Source: an uncultured virus (IMG/VR IMGVR_UViG_3300031857_015178) | Lineage: Duplodnaviria > Heunggongvirae > Uroviricota > Caudoviricetes | DNA length: 20,000 nt | Virus record (IMG/VR): IMGVR_UViG_3300031857_015178 | Direction: 5' to 3' (one strand) | Shown: positions 17,640-20,000 of the stretch, piece by piece | Numbering within the stretch: the stretch's first letter is position 1 | Layout of the letters: each line of letters begins with the position of its first letter | Position numbers and translations under genes: made by a program | Notes under the pieces: model-generated | Database searches by the model: none | Told to the model about the DNA's origin: nothing | What the model saw: the letters and a program-made list of their open reading frames with translations, nothing else

Positions 17640-17653
17640 CCTAAAAAATAACT

Positions 17654-18322
17654 ATGGAAATCGCACTCATTCATAATAACTCATTAGAACTTGGTCCAAT
17701 GGGATTTAATGTGAAATACATTAATGCCGATTTAGAAGACCTTGAAGTAGAAGAAAGAATTTCTCCACAAAGTTATACAGACCTTCCAATTCATTTTAGT
17801 GATGGTCTTACACATCTTCTACTAATTGAAAAAGTAATTCCAGAACACGATCCAAAGTATCATAATATCGGAAATCTTACTTGGGAAATTATTGAAGAAG
17901 ATAATATTCCAGTTAAAGTTAGATTTGCTTACCCAATTGTTGATAAGACACTAGAAGAAGTCAAAGCACTTCGTAAGCAAGAAGTTTCACCATATAGAAG
18001 AGAAAAAGAAAATACTACAATTACTCTAGATATTAATGGAACTTCTGTTCAAGTATCAACCTCAAGAGAAGAAAGAGTATTGTTGGCGAGTAAGTTAAGT
18101 GCAGCACCAGCATCTTGCAATTATAAGTTCTTGAGTGGTTGGTTAGAAGTTACCGCAGAAAATCTTCAGTATATTGTGAGTGAAATTGATAAAGTCGTTC
18201 AAGCAGCATTTGATTGGGAACTTGCAAAACTTCAAGAAATTGATGCCTGTACGACAATTGATGAAGTTTATGATGTAATTGTGAGAGAACTTCCTGAAGC
18301 AATCCAACCACCAGTAGCATAG
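17654..18322 (+). CDS. DUF4376-like / tail fibre assembly-associated protein
   Basis: C-terminal helical pattern (LEEVKALRKQEVSPYRREKE...YKF..GWLEVT...VQAAFDWELAKLQEIDACTTIDEV) resembles DUF4376/Tfa-type proteins found next to fibre genes. Confidence 0.6.
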   Translation: MEIALIHNNSLELGPMGFNVKYINADLEDLEVEERISPQSYTDLPIHFSDGLTHLLLIEKVIPEHDPKYHNIGNLTWEIIEEDNIPVKVRFAYPIVDKTLEEVKALRKQEVSPYRREKENTTITLDINGTSVQVSTSREERVLLASKLSAAPASCNYKFLSGWLEVTAENLQYIVSEIDKVVQAAFDWELAKLQEIDACTTIDEVYDVIVRELPEAIQPPVA

Positions 18323-18326
18323 TAAA

Positions 18327-19568
18327 ATGAGTTCCAATCAGAGAGTAACTACTAACTTTAGAAGAAGTAATGGTGTTGATGTTGCTTATGAATTTATAAC
18401 TAAAGATTATTTGATGAGTGTTTATCCTGGTATCGCTCAAGAACTTGGAAAGACTCCAGAGTTGTGGGTTTGGGGAGGTAATAATTATGGACAATTGGGA
18501 ACAAATAATCTGAGTCAGTCTTTTAACCCAGTCACCACACTTGCGGGAGGATCAAACTGGAGATCTGTTTCCTGTGGAAGACGCCACACTGCAGCAATTA
18601 AAACTGATGGAACACTATGGACCTGGGGATATAATAATTATGGGCAACTTGGAAATGCAACAACAGCAAATCGATCCACTCCATCGACCACATTTGCAGG
18701 AGGAACCAACTGGAAACAAGTTGCGGGTGGATTTACTAGCACAACAGCAATAAAAACTGATGGAACTTTGTGGATTTGGGGAAGAGGAGGTTATGGACTA
18801 GGAATTAATGAATCTTTACCTACAGGAACTAATAGATCTACTCCAGTCACAACATTCGCAGGAGGAACCAATTGGAGACAAGTTAGTTGTTGGGGAAGTT
18901 CTTCTGGCGCATTTAATGCTGCAATTAAGACTGATGGAACTTTGTGGACTTGGGGGGACAATGGTGGTGGAAAACTAGGAAACAATATTTCGACTAGTAG
19001 AGCCACTCCAATCACAACATTTGCAGGAGGAACCAACTGGAAACAAGTTTCTTGTGGTGGTAATCGTATGGCAGCAATCAAGACTGATGGAACTTTTTGG
19101 ACTTGGGGACAAAATAATTTTGGAGTACTGGGAACTAATAATGAAGTAAATACATTTACTCCAGTCACAACATTTGCTGGAGGAACTAACTGGAAACAAG
19201 TTTCTTTGAGAGAAAATAATACAGCGGCGATCAAAACTGATGGTACTCTATGGGTTTGGGGTCATACTCATCTGGGACAATTGGGGAACGCTCAGAATAC
19301 ATTCGGAGTATATGTTAGAACTCCAATCACAACATTTGCTGGAGGTACTAATTGGAAACAAGCAAGTGTTGGCAGTTCTCACATGTTAGCAATCAAAACT
19401 GATGGAACTCTATGGTCTTGGGGAGTTGGTAGTTCTGGGCAATTGGGAATGATAGCAAATGATAGATCTACTCCAGTTACTACATCTTTAGGACGATCTA
19501 CTTGGAAACAAGTTGCTTGTGGGGAATTTCATACCGCAGCAATAAAAACATCGGACGATTTGCTGTGA
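18327..19568 (+). CDS. RCC1/BLIP-II-like 7-bladed beta-propeller protein (paralog 2)
   Basis: Seven repeats, the first with canonical RCC1 features (WGxNxYGQLG, VSCGxxHTAAI, DGTLW). Confidence 0.9.
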   Translation: MSSNQRVTTNFRRSNGVDVAYEFITKDYLMSVYPGIAQELGKTPELWVWGGNNYGQLGTNNLSQSFNPVTTLAGGSNWRSVSCGRRHTAAIKTDGTLWTWGYNNYGQLGNATTANRSTPSTTFAGGTNWKQVAGGFTSTTAIKTDGTLWIWGRGGYGLGINESLPTGTNRSTPVTTFAGGTNWRQVSCWGSSSGAFNAAIKTDGTLWTWGDNGGGKLGNNISTSRATPITTFAGGTNWKQVSCGGNRMAAIKTDGTFWTWGQNNFGVLGTNNEVNTFTPVTTFAGGTNWKQVSLRENNTAAIKTDGTLWVWGHTHLGQLGNAQNTFGVYVRTPITTFAGGTNWKQASVGSSHMLAIKTDGTLWSWGVGSSGQLGMIANDRSTPVTTSLGRSTWKQVACGEFHTAAIKTSDDLL

Positions 19569-19570
19569 AT

Positions 19571-19577
19571 CTAAATA
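19571..19577 (+). promoter_or_regulatory. Possible T4-type late promoter (CTAAATA)
   Basis: Intergenic, 21 nt upstream of ATG 19599. Confidence 0.5.
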
Positions 19578-19598
19578 TTTTAAAATAAATTATTTTGT

Positions 19599-20000
19599 AT
19601 GAATCCACTTGAGTTGGTCACAAAGACCTTATATTCGTTTGAGGAAAAGGAACTTACAACACAAGTTCTTCAGGCATTTGGTAAAAGAGCAGAAACCTTT
19701 GAACAACATAATGATGTTGCAAAGATTTTCTTTGAGATAAAAGATTTCTCAAATGCTATTCTCTATGGAGAAAAAGCATTAAAACTTACAAAGTCAAAAG
19801 AAGAACTCTATATCACCACAAAAAATCTTATAAACGCATACAACCAAAATAACTATCCAGATAAAGCATTAACTCAAATCTCAAAAATCAAATCACAAAA
19901 TCCTCAAGATACTGAACTTCTTTTGGAAGAAACCTTTGCATATTCTGCACTGAATCAAAAAGAGAAATCAGAAAAACTACTCTTCAATCTCATCAAATAT
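19599..20000 (+). CDS. TPR-repeat protein, N-terminal part (runs off the window)
   Basis: Open to the window end: MNPLELVTKTLYSFEEKELTTQVLQAFGKRAETFEQHNDVAKIFFEIKDFSNAILYGEKALKL...NLINAYNQNNYPDKALTQISKIKSQNPQD...; helix pairs with TPR-like spacing. Confidence 0.75.
   Translation, partial: MNPLELVTKTLYSFEEKELTTQVLQAFGKRAETFEQHNDVAKIFFEIKDFSNAILYGEKALKLTKSKEELYITTKNLINAYNQNNYPDKALTQISKIKSQNPQDTELLLEETFAYSALNQKEKSEKLLFNLIKY

Noticed and set aside
16490..19234. Repetitive antisense ORFs ([13 protein letters not shown]...) opposite the RCC1 genes
   Set aside because: Mirror translations of the propeller repeats.
16449..19568. Diversity-generating retroelement (TR/VR) or CRISPR array as explanation for the constant/variable pattern
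   Set aside because: No reverse transcriptase or cas gene in the window; all repeats are in-frame coding; differences include indels and are not restricted to adenines.

Overview
AT-rich window from a large T4-like myovirus, most consistent with a cyanophage (Kyanoviridae-like, possibly freshwater); this assignment is from gene-family recognition, not a database search. From left to right: the 3' end of a probable gp5 baseplate hub gene and two associated structural genes; a host-sigma70-type promoter driving small hypothetical ORFs with tRNA-Leu(TAA) and tRNA-Thr(TGT); a Mom-like GNAT DNA-modification gene; a promoter-terminator pair enclosing a candidate ~65-nt small RNA; then a late (TAAATA-promoter) tail-fibre region. 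That region encodes a 1953-aa fibre/structural protein, a small reverse-strand gene, a PKD-domain fibre, a fibre with a Thr/Gln collagen-like tract and a C-terminal peptidase S74 chaperone, two 7-bladed RCC1/BLIP-II propeller genes flanking a DUF4376-like gene, and the start of a TPR protein. The most notable element is the collagen fibre + paired RCC1 propeller + TPR module. Its propellers have a near-invariant scaffold, three variable loops per blade and DNA-level blade copying, suggesting a recombination-diversified receptor-binding cassette, possibly coupled to fibre glycosylation (hypothesis).
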